A stretch of DNA of 32,000 nt from Psychrobacter sp. HD31 (GCF_051097895.1 NZ_CP142525.1:750001-782000), one strand, 5' to 3'. Shown: positions 11,083 through 19,255, numbered from the stretch's first letter. A program made the numbers and translations. Notes: generated by a model not told the origin, from the sequence alone.

Positions 11083-11272
11083 ATTCTGAGGTGTTAGCCA
11101 GTAGGTGTTTATTCCCTGAGCCGATATCAACATTTTAGGATGTATTACCTTTTGCTTTGTTGCGTACGCCTGCATTGCGTGCAATGTATCAGGAAACCTG
11201 TAAAAGCATTGATGCATCCGCCCTGAACTTTACGGTTCATGGGTTCCCACCATACAGCGGCACTTTGGATCT
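11083..11272 (+). ncRNA. ssrS: 6S RNA (SsrS)
   Basis: Blocks are shared in the same order with E. coli 6S as I recall it: AUUCUGAGGUGUU (Ec AUUUCUCUGAGAUGUU), CCCUGAGCCGAUAU (identical 14-mer), GAAACCUGUAAAAGC (Ec GAAGCCUUAAAACUGC), and CCCUGAAC..GGUUCAUGGGUU..ACAGCGGCAC (Ec CCUUGAACCAAGGGUUCAAGGGUUACAGC..GGCGGCAUC). The 5' CUGAGGUG (11086-11093) can pair with 3' CACUUUGG (11261-11268) to form the closing stem. The ends are approximate to within about 5 nt. Confidence 0.8.
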
Positions 11273-11312
11273 CTTTATATTAAGCTTAAGACTGTTTTAG
11301 GCACAAAACAAT

Positions 11313-11350
11313 AAAGCCTCACGCTAACTTGCATGAGGCTTTTTTATTTT
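11313..11350. terminator. Bidirectional rho-independent terminator (ssrS on +, fxsA on -)
   Basis: The stem is agcctca / tgaggct with a 12-nt loop. It is followed by TTTTTATTTT on the + strand and preceded by an A-rich run, which gives UUUAUUGUUUU on the - strand. Confidence 0.7.
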
Positions 11351-11418
11351 TAAAAATACAGTTAATTAAACTATTTCGACTTTACCACTTTTAATAAAAA
11401 CAATCGTAAATAAAGGCG

Positions 11419-12048
11419 TTAATCATCGTTAGCAGACGTCAACTTTTTTGCATCTTTATTGACTGTTTTTGCACTACCATCTACCGTTTTTGCACCAAAT
11501 GGATTGTTGCCAAATGGGCTATTACTACCAAACGGACTTGATGACTTATCATCAAACTTACCACCAAAAGCGTCGCCAAATGGATTTTGTCCGTTAGTAT
11601 CAAATGGATTTTGTGTTCCCATTTGACCACCCATCTGCTTCATCATCATATCCATCATTTTTTGTTGATTTTTCATGACATAATCATTGGCTTTATTTTT
11701 AAGCAGTTTTTGCACAGGTGGCAATAAAACAAGCAACGCCAAGACATCACTCAACAAACCTGGTATTAATAGTAAAAAACCTGCAAATGCTATCGCCACA
11801 CTTTTTATCATGTTTGACTCTTGAGCAGAGCCAGATCTGAAAGATGCGTTCATCATACCGCCATTTTTCATTTGCTGTGCCATTGGGTTTAATACCCCCA
11901 AGCCTTTACGCAATAAACTTAAACCGATGATCGATGCAACAATAAACCAAAAGAATACATACCAGCCGCTCACAAATTGTGCGACTAAATACCACAATAG
12001 CATTTCAAGAATAAACCAAACTAATGCTAAACCAACAAAAGGACCCAT
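11419..12048 (-). CDS. fxsA: FxsA family inner-membrane protein with a low-complexity C-terminal tail
   Basis: MIKSVAIAFAGFLLLIPGLLSDVLALLVLLPPVQKLL parallels E. coli FxsA MIKSVSLIIAGLLLLLPGFFTDFLGLLLLLPPVQKHL. AGGA lies upstream of the ATG. Confidence 0.88.
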   Translation of the reverse strand: MGPFVGLALVWFILEMLLWYLVAQFVSGWYVFFWFIVASIIGLSLLRKGLGVLNPMAQQMKNGGMMNASFRSGSAQESNMIKSVAIAFAGFLLLIPGLLSDVLALLVLLPPVQKLLKNKANDYVMKNQQKMMDMMMKQMGGQMGTQNPFDTNGQNPFGDAFGGKFDDKSSSPFGSNSPFGNNPFGAKTVDGSAKTVNKDAKKLTSANDD

Positions 12049-12173
12049 TTCTTTATCCTACTATAAGATCAAAACAAAAATTAATAACTTAACTATTTAA
12101 GTATATGGGGATTGATTGTTATACTATCAAATCTATTTTTAAATTTTACTAAAATTGTGTTGTTGGTTATTTT

Positions 12174-12764
12174 ATGGCAATTATCATTGGAATTGACCCT
12201 GGTTCACGTATGACAGGTTATGGCATTATCCAACAAACAGGTGATAAGCTCACTTTTTTAGATGCCGGCACAATCCGCACCGAAAGCAAAGAAATGCCAG
12301 AGCGATTAAAACGTATCTTTTTGGGTGTAACACGCATCACAAAACACTATCAAAAATATCATAACGAGCCTATATTTGCTGCCATTGAACAAGTGTTTAT
12401 GGCGCAAAACCCTGACTCTGCCTTAAAGCTAGGGCAAGCTCGTGGGGCTGCGATTGCCGGTTTAGTTGCACAAGATATCGAGGTCTCTGAATATACTGCC
12501 AGACAAATTAAACAAGCCGTATGTGGCTATGGTGCAGCAGATAAAGAACAAGTACAAGAAATGGTTTGTCGGATTTTAAAGTTAGAGGTCATGCCACAAT
12601 CTGATGCGGCAGACGGGTTAGCATGTGCTATTTGTCATGCACACTCCAGCCATTCAATGAGCAAATTATTGGCTTCTTCGGCTATCCGTGGCAGTGGACG
12701 TAGTACTAGCAAGAAAAAAGGCAGGTGGCGACTAAGTGAAGAAGATTTAAGCAAAATGAAATAG
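12174..12764 (+). CDS. ruvC: Holliday junction resolvase RuvC
   Basis: [19 protein letters not shown]... contains the catalytic Asp motif. [11 protein letters not shown] and ADALA-like [14 protein letters not shown] are present, followed by a basic C-terminal tail. Confidence 0.92.
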   Translation: MAIIIGIDPGSRMTGYGIIQQTGDKLTFLDAGTIRTESKEMPERLKRIFLGVTRITKHYQKYHNEPIFAAIEQVFMAQNPDSALKLGQARGAAIAGLVAQDIEVSEYTARQIKQAVCGYGAADKEQVQEMVCRILKLEVMPQSDAADGLACAICHAHSSHSMSKLLASSAIRGSGRSTSKKKGRWRLSEEDLSKMK

Positions 12765-12856
12765 CGTTTTATCTATTAAATTTTAAAGAGAATCCACATT
12801 AAATAAAATAAGTAATGTATCTGTTAATGCCTTGACTCTTTAACACAGCCAAATAA

Positions 12857-12894
12857 CTAACCGCCTATTTATAAGCTAACCGCACATTTATAGA
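12857..12894. repeat. Tandem 19-bp direct repeat (2 units)
   Basis: The units ctaaccgcctatttataag (12857-12875) and ctaaccgcacatttataga (12876-12894) are identical at 15/19 positions and directly abut each other. They lie in the ruvC / RHH-gene spacer. Confidence 0.6.
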
Positions 12895-12915
12895 TATTAC
12901 GTTTATGATATTGTA

Positions 12916-13221
12916 CTAGTTCTGATTTCTACAAACATTGTTGGCATCAATAATTGCTTGCTCAATAATGCTTTCACTAACGCCCTTATCACGCAATTGC
13001 TGCAAAAAAACTTCATCATGTTCAATGCGATACTTGTCGTTATCACGATCTAATCCTTCCCGAATATACAAACGCATTAATCCCTGAATTTTATTAAAGC
13101 CATGCTCATGTGCTGTTTCTGTCAGAAGCGCTATCATTTCTTCTGACAGCTTAAAATGTACAGGACGCATAATTTTTTGAGGGGTTTTATAAAACTTATT
13201 TCTTACACGAACGGGAATCAT
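12916..13221 (-). CDS. Hypothetical ribbon-helix-helix (CopG/Arc-like) DNA-binding protein
   Basis: RPVHFKLSEEMIALLTETAHEHGFNKIQGLMRLYIREGL fits the RHH pattern of a beta-strand followed by two helices. A tail of about 45 aa has no recognisable family. The start is ambiguous: TTG 13230, ATG 13221 or ATG 13170, none with a good SD. Confidence 0.5.
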   Translation of the reverse strand: MIPVRVRNKFYKTPQKIMRPVHFKLSEEMIALLTETAHEHGFNKIQGLMRLYIREGLDRDNDKYRIEHDEVFLQQLRDKGVSESIIEQAIIDANNVCRNQN

Positions 13222-13324
13222 AATATGCAAAACCTTATGCTTGATAAATTGCTTATACCCATGATAGCAAAATATATTAAATTATTAAAACCAATTATTA
13301 AACCCAAGTTTTAAAATTTATTGC

Positions 13325-13358
13325 ATAAAAAAACCCTCATGCATATTGCATAAGGGTT
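13325..13358 (-). terminator. Rho-independent terminator after tRNA-Asn
   Basis: On the - strand a 12-bp stem with one mismatch (aacccttatgca / tgcatgagggtt) is followed by UUUUUUAUG. Confidence 0.7.
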
Positions 13359-13366
13359 TTGATATA

Positions 13367-13442
13367 TGGCTCCCCAACCTGGGCTCGAACCAGGGACACA
13401 CGGATTAACAGTCCGATGCTCTACCAACTGAGCTATTGGGGA
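13367..13442 (-). tRNA. tRNA-Asn (GTT), CCA encoded
   Basis: The reverse complement reads TCCCCAATAGCTCAGTTGGTAGAGCATCGGACTGTTAATCCGTGTGTCCCTGGTTCGAGCCCAGGTTGGGGAGCCA. It folds as a cloverleaf with anticodon loop CUGUUAA, is 76 nt long, and is close to E. coli tRNA-Asn. Confidence 0.95.
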
Positions 13443-13480
13443 ATAAGCTTTTATTAAGGTGTTCGCCTTAAGTGCTGGGT

Positions 13481-13508
13481 ATTCTATCAAAGTATCGATT
13501 TTCGTCAA
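13481..13508 (-). promoter_or_regulatory. Sigma-70 promoter for tRNA-Asn
   Basis: On the - strand TTGACG is followed by a 16-nt spacer, TAGAAT and a GC-rich discriminator (cccagcac). It lies about 30 nt upstream of the mature 5' end. Confidence 0.55.
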
Positions 13509-13618
13509 GCATTTTTTTATTTTTTTATCACTTTATTATTTAACCTAACCTAATACAGAAAATACCCTTATCATTACATCATAATTTATAAGTCATTTTT
13601 ATGGTTTTAAACTAAAAA

Positions 13619-14353
13619 TTACAGTACCTGCCAAATATCTTTTAATTTATTCGGTTGTAAAATCACAAAACCATGGTCATCTTCTTCTAAGATACCATGA
13701 GACTTCATTTTACGTAATACGCGTGAAAAAGTTTCTGGTTGTAACCCTAAACGCGATGCCACAATCGATTTTTTGGAAGGCAACTCAATATGTTGGTTGG
13801 TGATAGACTCATCTAAAAAGGCTAAAAAATAACTGGCAACTTTTTGTTCTGCATTTGACATGCTCAACGCATGAATATCATTAACAAATTTATGCAAACG
13901 GATGCTCAAACTAGACAACATCTTTAATGCGATAGACACATCTGCTTCAATCAACTCTCTAAGAACACTTGCAGGCACCCAAATCATCTCGGTATCATCA
14001 ATGGTTTCGGCATGCACAGGATAAAACTTATCAACCAAGGCAACCGCTTCAGCAAAGGTTTCCCCTTTTTGGATAATCTCGATCACTTTTTCTTTGCCCT
14101 CGGCAGTCAGTCGATACAAACGCACACTACCACTTAATATATAAAAAAAATGGCGGGCGGGCTCCCCTTGCGAAAATAGCGCACTGCCAGCTTTGTGCGT
14201 CATTTGTTTACACACTTGCGCAATTGGTTTTAAGTCTTCTTCATTCAGCGATGCAAAGATAGCCGCATTTGCTAACAAAGATTCGATACTTTGTGTATTT
14301 TTTGAAGGCTGAACTGCTTTTTTTTGATTTTTGCTATTTAGCACATGTGACAT
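13619..14353 (-). CDS. CRP/FNR-family transcriptional regulator (Dnr/HcpR-like, no Fe-S Cys cluster)
   Basis: A cNMP-binding-like beta-roll (FSQGEPARHFFYILSGSVRLYR) is followed by a C-terminal HTH with an FNR-type recognition helix ETFSRVLRKM. There is a single Cys only. ATG 14353 is preceded by AAGGAAAG. The track's TTG at 14371 is less likely. Confidence 0.85.
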   Translation of the reverse strand: MSHVLNSKNQKKAVQPSKNTQSIESLLANAAIFASLNEEDLKPIAQVCKQMTHKAGSALFSQGEPARHFFYILSGSVRLYRLTAEGKEKVIEIIQKGETFAEAVALVDKFYPVHAETIDDTEMIWVPASVLRELIEADVSIALKMLSSLSIRLHKFVNDIHALSMSNAEQKVASYFLAFLDESITNQHIELPSKKSIVASRLGLQPETFSRVLRKMKSHGILEEDDHGFVILQPNKLKDIWQVL

Positions 14354-14403
14354 GGGGCTTTCCTTTGCCAAAAGGTGGTTTGTGACAATTTATTTGTTAA
14401 AAA

Positions 14404-14417
14404 TTGACCTAGGTCAA
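14404..14417. promoter_or_regulatory. Perfect FNR/Dnr-type palindrome TTGACCTAGGTCAA
   Basis: This is an exact 14-bp inverted repeat (TTGAC-N4-GTCAA) in the divergent regulator/hcp spacer. TAAATT at 14440-14445 lies 29.5 bp from the site centre, which is class II (-41.5) geometry. Confidence 0.65.
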
Positions 14418-14467
14418 GGCAATACGATTACTGACAGGGTAAATTAATTAACAGTAAAGCCAGCTAG

Positions 14468-14481
14468 TTGACCTAGCCAGC
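14468..14481 (+). promoter_or_regulatory. Second TTGACCTAG half-site with the same spacing to a -10-like element
   Basis: In TTGACCTAGCCAGC only the left half matches. GTAAAT (14503-14508) sits exactly 35 nt from the TTGAC start, as at the first site (14439-14444). Confidence 0.35.
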
Positions 14482-14532
14482 CTACTATAACAAACCACTA
14501 AAGTAAATGTTAAAAAGATAAAGGAGTAAGAT

Positions 14533-16197
14533 ATGTTTTGTTATCAATGTGAACAAACTCAGCATACAGATAACGGTGATGGTTGCATGACCGATGTCGG
14601 CACCTGTGGTAAAACCACTGAAACCTCAGACCTGCAAGATATTTTAATTTATCAAATTAAAGGCATTGCTCAATATGCACAACTGGCACGTAGTGTTGGT
14701 ATTAAAAATAAAGCGGTCGATGATTTTATCCAGTTTGGCTTTTTTACTACATTAACCAATGTCAACTTTACTGCTACGCGCTTTGTACAAATGGTAGAAC
14801 AAGCAGCACAAATCCGTGACGCTATTAAATCTGAATATGAGGCGGCTGCCAAAGAAAAAGGACTGGATATTAAAACACCACAAGGTGCCGCTGCATTTAA
14901 CCCAGCTACAGACATGGATAGCATTTTAGAACAACAACCTGTTGCCATTGTTAATAAAGACCACAAAACAGTTGGAGAAGACATCAACGGCTTACGCATG
15001 TTGATTTTATACGGTATGAAGGGCGTTTGTGCTTATGCCCATCATGCACGTATGCTTGGCTATTATGATGATGAAATAGATGCAGAGGTGGAACGTATTT
15101 TAGCTTACCTTGCCAGTGCACCAACAGATATTGAAGAACTACTAGCTGAAGCCCTAGCGACAGGTAACCTAAACCTGAAAGTGATGGATATTTTAGATAG
15201 AGCTAACAACGGTGTGTTTGGTAACCAAGAAATCACTCAGGTGAATATTGCCCCGGTAGAAGGTAAATGTTTACTGGTAAGTGGACATGATTTGCATGAC
15301 TTACATCAAATTTTAGAAAAAACGAAAGATTTAGGTGTTAATGTTTATACCCACGGTGAAATGCTGCCTGCCCATGCATATCCTAAACTAAAAGAATACC
15401 CTCATTTAGTTGGCAACTATGGTGGTGCTTGGCAAGATCAACAACAAGAATTTGCCGCATTCCCTGGTCCAATCGTGCTAACGTCAAATTGCATTATTGA
15501 GCCAGCAAAAAGCTATCGACAACGTATTTTTACCACAGGTCCTGTCGGTTGGCCTGGCGTACGTCATATCGAAAACAACAACTACGCACCACTTATTCAA
15601 GCAGCTAAAGCCTTGCCTGGCTTTAAAACCACGGCAGAAGAGAAAAAAATCACCATTGGTTTTGGTCACAACACCGTCCTTAATATTGCAGATACTGTCA
15701 TTGATGCGGTTAAATCAGGTGATATCAAACACTTCTTTGTGATTGGCGGTTGTGATGGTGCAAAATCTGGACGTAACTACTACACCGAATTGGCAGAAAA
15801 AACGCCAGATGATACCGTCATGCTAACACTGGGATGTAACAAATTCCGCTTTAATAAAACAGACTTTGGTGACATTGGTGGCATTCCTCGCCTGCTGGAC
15901 GTTGGGCAATGTAATGATGCGTATTCAGCGATTAAAATTGCAGTTGCCTTGGCAGAAGCTTTTGAATGTGATGTTAATGATTTACCATTATCATTGATGG
16001 TGTCTTGGTTTGAACAAAAAGCCACTGCCGTGTTATTAGCATTACTGGCAGCAGGTGTAAAAGGTATCCACTTAGGCCCAACGTTACCCGCTTACCTCAC
16101 GCCAAATCTATTGGCAATATTATCTGATAAGTTTGATATCCGTACAAACGGTACTGCAGATGAAGACCTAGCAAAAGCACTAGGAAATGCCGCTTAA
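14533..16197 (+). CDS. hcp: Hybrid-cluster protein (hydroxylamine/NO reductase) Hcp
   Basis: MFCYQCEQT...[12 protein letters not shown] is the N-terminal Cys motif. The protein is co-linear with E. coli Hcp ([47 protein letters not shown]). AAGGAG precedes the ATG. Confidence 0.95.
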   Translation: MFCYQCEQTQHTDNGDGCMTDVGTCGKTTETSDLQDILIYQIKGIAQYAQLARSVGIKNKAVDDFIQFGFFTTLTNVNFTATRFVQMVEQAAQIRDAIKSEYEAAAKEKGLDIKTPQGAAAFNPATDMDSILEQQPVAIVNKDHKTVGEDINGLRMLILYGMKGVCAYAHHARMLGYYDDEIDAEVERILAYLASAPTDIEELLAEALATGNLNLKVMDILDRANNGVFGNQEITQVNIAPVEGKCLLVSGHDLHDLHQILEKTKDLGVNVYTHGEMLPAHAYPKLKEYPHLVGNYGGAWQDQQQEFAAFPGPIVLTSNCIIEPAKSYRQRIFTTGPVGWPGVRHIENNNYAPLIQAAKALPGFKTTAEEKKITIGFGHNTVLNIADTVIDAVKSGDIKHFFVIGGCDGAKSGRNYYTELAEKTPDDTVMLTLGCNKFRFNKTDFGDIGGIPRLLDVGQCNDAYSAIKIAVALAEAFECDVNDLPLSLMVSWFEQKATAVLLALLAAGVKGIHLGPTLPAYLTPNLLAILSDKFDIRTNGTADEDLAKALGNAA

Positions 16198-16373
16198 AGG
16201 CTTGTTTTAGCATGAACTTAAAGCTGGCAATAGCACTCATACTGTTGCTGGCTTTTATGCTTTAGTTTTTTAAGTAAGGTATTTTTACGACAAAATTTTA
16301 GTTTATGCTCAAATTACCATGCCGTCATTTAATACAGTCTTTAACCTAAAAACAGTATAATCGGAGAATCAAA

Positions 16374-17480
16374 GTGACTGCTTATCAAATTAAATTAACC
16401 ACAACAGATGGTCAAACTTTATCTTTTGATTGCGATGAAGACAAAGATGTAATCACCGCCGCTCAAGAAGAAGACATTTACCTTGTTGCCCAATGTCATT
16501 CAGGTGCTTGCGGGGCTTGTATTGGTAAGTTAACATCAGGCGATATTACCCATACCAATTATAGTAAAGATGCCCTACCAAGTGCAGAACGTGAACAAGG
16601 ACAAGTATTATTGTGTTGCACGCATCCAAAACAAGATTTAACCATTAATTTACCTTATGCCCACAGTGCAGTACAGTTTGAGAAAAAACCGCAACGTGAG
16701 GCAGAAATCATTTCTAAGACTTATTTAACAAAAGATACCGTCAAGCTCGACCTACAACTACTACCAGATGAAGATGACAACTTGATTTTAGACTTTGAGC
16801 CAGGACAGTTTATGGAGTTACACATCCCTGATGATGAGACGCCTCACAACATAGAAGACATCAAACGCGCCTACTCCATTGCAAATGCCCCTAACTGGGA
16901 TGGCAGTCTTGAATTTATTATTAAATTGCGTGAACAAGGCAAATTTTCTGGCTTTTTACATCAAAAAGCAGAAGCAGGCATCAAAATTAAGCTAGATGGC
17001 GCAATGGGTACTTTTATGCTGCATGACAATGGGTTACGCCCACGCTACTTTATTGCGGGTGGTTGTGGACTCGCTTCAGTAATGTCAATGTTAAGACGTA
17101 TGGCAGAGTGGCAAGAACCACAACCCGTCAAATTATTTTTTGGCGTTTGGGCAGAGCAAGATGTGTTTTTTGAGCAAGAAATTGCCAATTTAGCCAAAGA
17201 ATACCCACAGCTAGACTATCAAATTTGCGTCACTCAAGCCAACAACGCTTGGTCAGAGGATAAAAACCATTATACAGGGTCGGTTGTTAATGCTTTTGAT
17301 GCAGCCATGCAACTAGAAGACACAACACCCGATATCTATATTTGCGGTTCACCCAACTTAATTGACGCTGTGGCAAACACTGCTAAAAAACATGGCATAG
17401 AACAAGATGCATTAATTTATGAACGTTACCTTGCTAATGAGCAACCAACCGGTGCAGCAAGGTGTGACGTCTTAAAATAA
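16374..17480 (+). CDS. Ferredoxin-NAD(P)H oxidoreductase fusion: N-terminal plant-type [2Fe-2S] plus FNR-like FAD/NAD module (probable Hcp reductase)
   Basis: The N-terminus has C41-X4-C46-X2-C49...C80/C81. It is followed by RAYSIAN (RxYS FAD motif), GKFSGFL, FIAGGCGLASVMSM (NAD(P)H motif) and YICGSP. A GTG start has GGAGA 7 nt upstream. Confidence 0.85.
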   Translation: MTAYQIKLTTTDGQTLSFDCDEDKDVITAAQEEDIYLVAQCHSGACGACIGKLTSGDITHTNYSKDALPSAEREQGQVLLCCTHPKQDLTINLPYAHSAVQFEKKPQREAEIISKTYLTKDTVKLDLQLLPDEDDNLILDFEPGQFMELHIPDDETPHNIEDIKRAYSIANAPNWDGSLEFIIKLREQGKFSGFLHQKAEAGIKIKLDGAMGTFMLHDNGLRPRYFIAGGCGLASVMSMLRRMAEWQEPQPVKLFFGVWAEQDVFFEQEIANLAKEYPQLDYQICVTQANNAWSEDKNHYTGSVVNAFDAAMQLEDTTPDIYICGSPNLIDAVANTAKKHGIEQDALIYERYLANEQPTGAARCDVLK

Positions 17481-17501
17481 CCGATGACTATAATAGAAAC
17501 A

Positions 17502-18557
17502 TCAATCAAAGTGTTGATACAAGTTAATTGGCACTTTGTAAGGTTTATCTGCCACTTCTCGTACTAACCTTGGTATTAAAAAACCGGGTAATTCTGCCAG
17601 CATTTGCCAATATAACTCAATTGCTTTTTGCTCACTCATATCAAAATAAGCGGCACCTTCTACCTTATCTAACACATGCAAATAGTATGGCAGCACCCCA
17701 AAATCAAACAGTTTTTGATTTAGGTTAACTTGCGTGGCAACATCATCATTAACATCAGCTAATAAAACCGTTTGACTCAGCAGGGTAACACCCGCTTTTT
17801 TCAGCTTGTTAAAATAACTTGCTGAGGTGTTATCGATTTCATTTGCATGGTTAACATGCAATACCATCACCAAATTAACTTTTTGGCTAAAACCACCTAA
17901 TATCTCCGTTAATTCCTCATCAATTCTATACGGTATCACAATAGGTAAACGGGTATGAAAACGGATGGTTTTAATTTGTTTTAGTGTGGTTAGTTGTGTC
18001 AACCAGTCTGCTAATCGACGGTTACTTAAACTAAATGGGTCTCCCCCACTAAATATGACTTCATTAACTTCGGGGTGTTGATTAATATAAGCAATGACAT
18101 CGTTTATTTGATTACTTGCCGGCGTGTTGGCACCATAGTCAAAATGTTGCCTAAAACAGTAACGGCAATGCACGGCACAGGCGCCCGTTACCGTCAACAA
18201 CACACGTGATTTGTATTTATGTAAAATACCTTTATTTGGGTTATGTGCCGCTTCTGCCAGTGGGTCAGTAATATAGCCAGCTTGCTTAACTAGTGCTTTT
18301 TTATTAGGTACAACTTGCAAAAATAAAGGATCTTGCGCATTGCCCACCTGCATTTTTGCAACAAAGCTACGTGGTATTTTTAGCCCAAACCCTTGCGGTT
18401 GATAAAATTTATCTTGTAAGTGGGTAAGCTCTAATACAGTTAAAAGCTCATTAATATCTGTTATGGCTTCAGATATTTGCTTTTGCCAGTTTTTTTGTTG
18501 CTGTAAATGGTTTATCATATCAACACTTTTTAAAAAATTGGCATTATACATGGGCAT
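17502..18557 (-). CDS. epmB: EF-P beta-lysylation protein EpmB (lysine 2,3-aminomutase-like radical SAM)
   Basis: CAVHCRYCFRQHF is the CxxxCxxC radical-SAM motif. The protein is co-linear with E. coli EpmB/YjeK (FSGGDPF, RFHTRLPIVIP, VLPYYLHVLDKVEGAAYF). It is divergent from efp. The start could be ATG 18557 or 18551, or TTG 18572. Confidence 0.9.
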   Translation of the reverse strand: MPMYNANFLKSVDMINHLQQQKNWQKQISEAITDINELLTVLELTHLQDKFYQPQGFGLKIPRSFVAKMQVGNAQDPLFLQVVPNKKALVKQAGYITDPLAEAAHNPNKGILHKYKSRVLLTVTGACAVHCRYCFRQHFDYGANTPASNQINDVIAYINQHPEVNEVIFSGGDPFSLSNRRLADWLTQLTTLKQIKTIRFHTRLPIVIPYRIDEELTEILGGFSQKVNLVMVLHVNHANEIDNTSASYFNKLKKAGVTLLSQTVLLADVNDDVATQVNLNQKLFDFGVLPYYLHVLDKVEGAAYFDMSEQKAIELYWQMLAELPGFLIPRLVREVADKPYKVPINLYQHFD

Positions 18558-18622
18558 CCAGTATTTACCCAAACTTATTGCCCGATAGATAGATATATTT
18601 ATAAATTAATTAGGAGTTTTTT

Positions 18623-19195
18623 GTGGCTAGTTATTCTACCAATGAGTTCAAATCAGGCTTAAAAGTAATGATGGATGGCAACCCTTGTTCAATCATCGAA
18701 AATGAATTTGTTAAACCTGGTAAAGGGCAAGCATTTAACCGCGTTAAATTGCGTAACCTAAAAACAGGCAAAGTGTTAGAACAAACTTTTAAATCTGGTG
18801 ACAGCCTAGAAGCTGCTGATGTGATGGATACCGAAATGGACTATCTATACAATGATGGTGAGTTTTGGCACTTTATGGATAGCGAAACCTTTGAACAAGT
18901 ACAAGCTGATGCTGCTGCCATGGGTGATAATGCAAAATGGCTAAAAGATAACAGTAATGATGAGTGCATCATTACCTTATTTAACGGTACACCAATTTCA
19001 GTAACCCCGCCAAACTTTGTAGAGCTACAAATTACTGAAACAGATCCTGGTCTTAAAGGGGATACAGCCGGCTCAGGTGGCAAACCAGCAACACTAGAAA
19101 CAGGTGCTGTTGTGCGTGTCCCACTTTTTGTACAACAAGGTGAAGTTGTGCGTGTCGATACCCGTACTGGTGAATACCAAACGCGTGTTAGCTAA
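18623..19195 (+). CDS. efp: Translation elongation factor P
   Basis: [46 protein letters not shown] contains the modifiable Lys in KPGKGQA. The GTG start is preceded by TAGGAG. Confidence 0.95.
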   Translation: MASYSTNEFKSGLKVMMDGNPCSIIENEFVKPGKGQAFNRVKLRNLKTGKVLEQTFKSGDSLEAADVMDTEMDYLYNDGEFWHFMDSETFEQVQADAAAMGDNAKWLKDNSNDECIITLFNGTPISVTPPNFVELQITETDPGLKGDTAGSGGKPATLETGAVVRVPLFVQQGEVVRVDTRTGEYQTRVS

Positions 19196-19218
19196 TATTT
19201 TAACAGCGTAAAGTTTTT

Positions 19219-19255
19219 AAAGCGGATAATGGTTGATTTATCCGCTTTTTTATTT
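19219..19255 (+). terminator. Rho-independent terminator after efp
   Basis: The stem is aaagcggata / tatccgcttt with a 10-nt loop, followed by TTTTTTATTTT. Confidence 0.8.

Noticed and set aside
10808-11217. A 76-aa + ORF and an 83-aa - ORF in the gpmI/fxsA gap.
   Set aside because: The first overlaps the gpmI 5' end antisense. The second overlaps the 6S RNA gene. Both products are low-complexity and unrecognisable, and the 6S RNA explains the conservation-like signal.
13311-13508. A 65-aa - ORF.
   Set aside because: It reads straight through tRNA-Asn and its promoter and terminator, so it is an artefact.
16198-16373. An apparent hairpin in the hcp/reductase spacer around gctggcaa...ttgctggc.
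   Set aside because: On checking, the two gctggc copies are direct repeats, not inverted. No terminator stem forms there.
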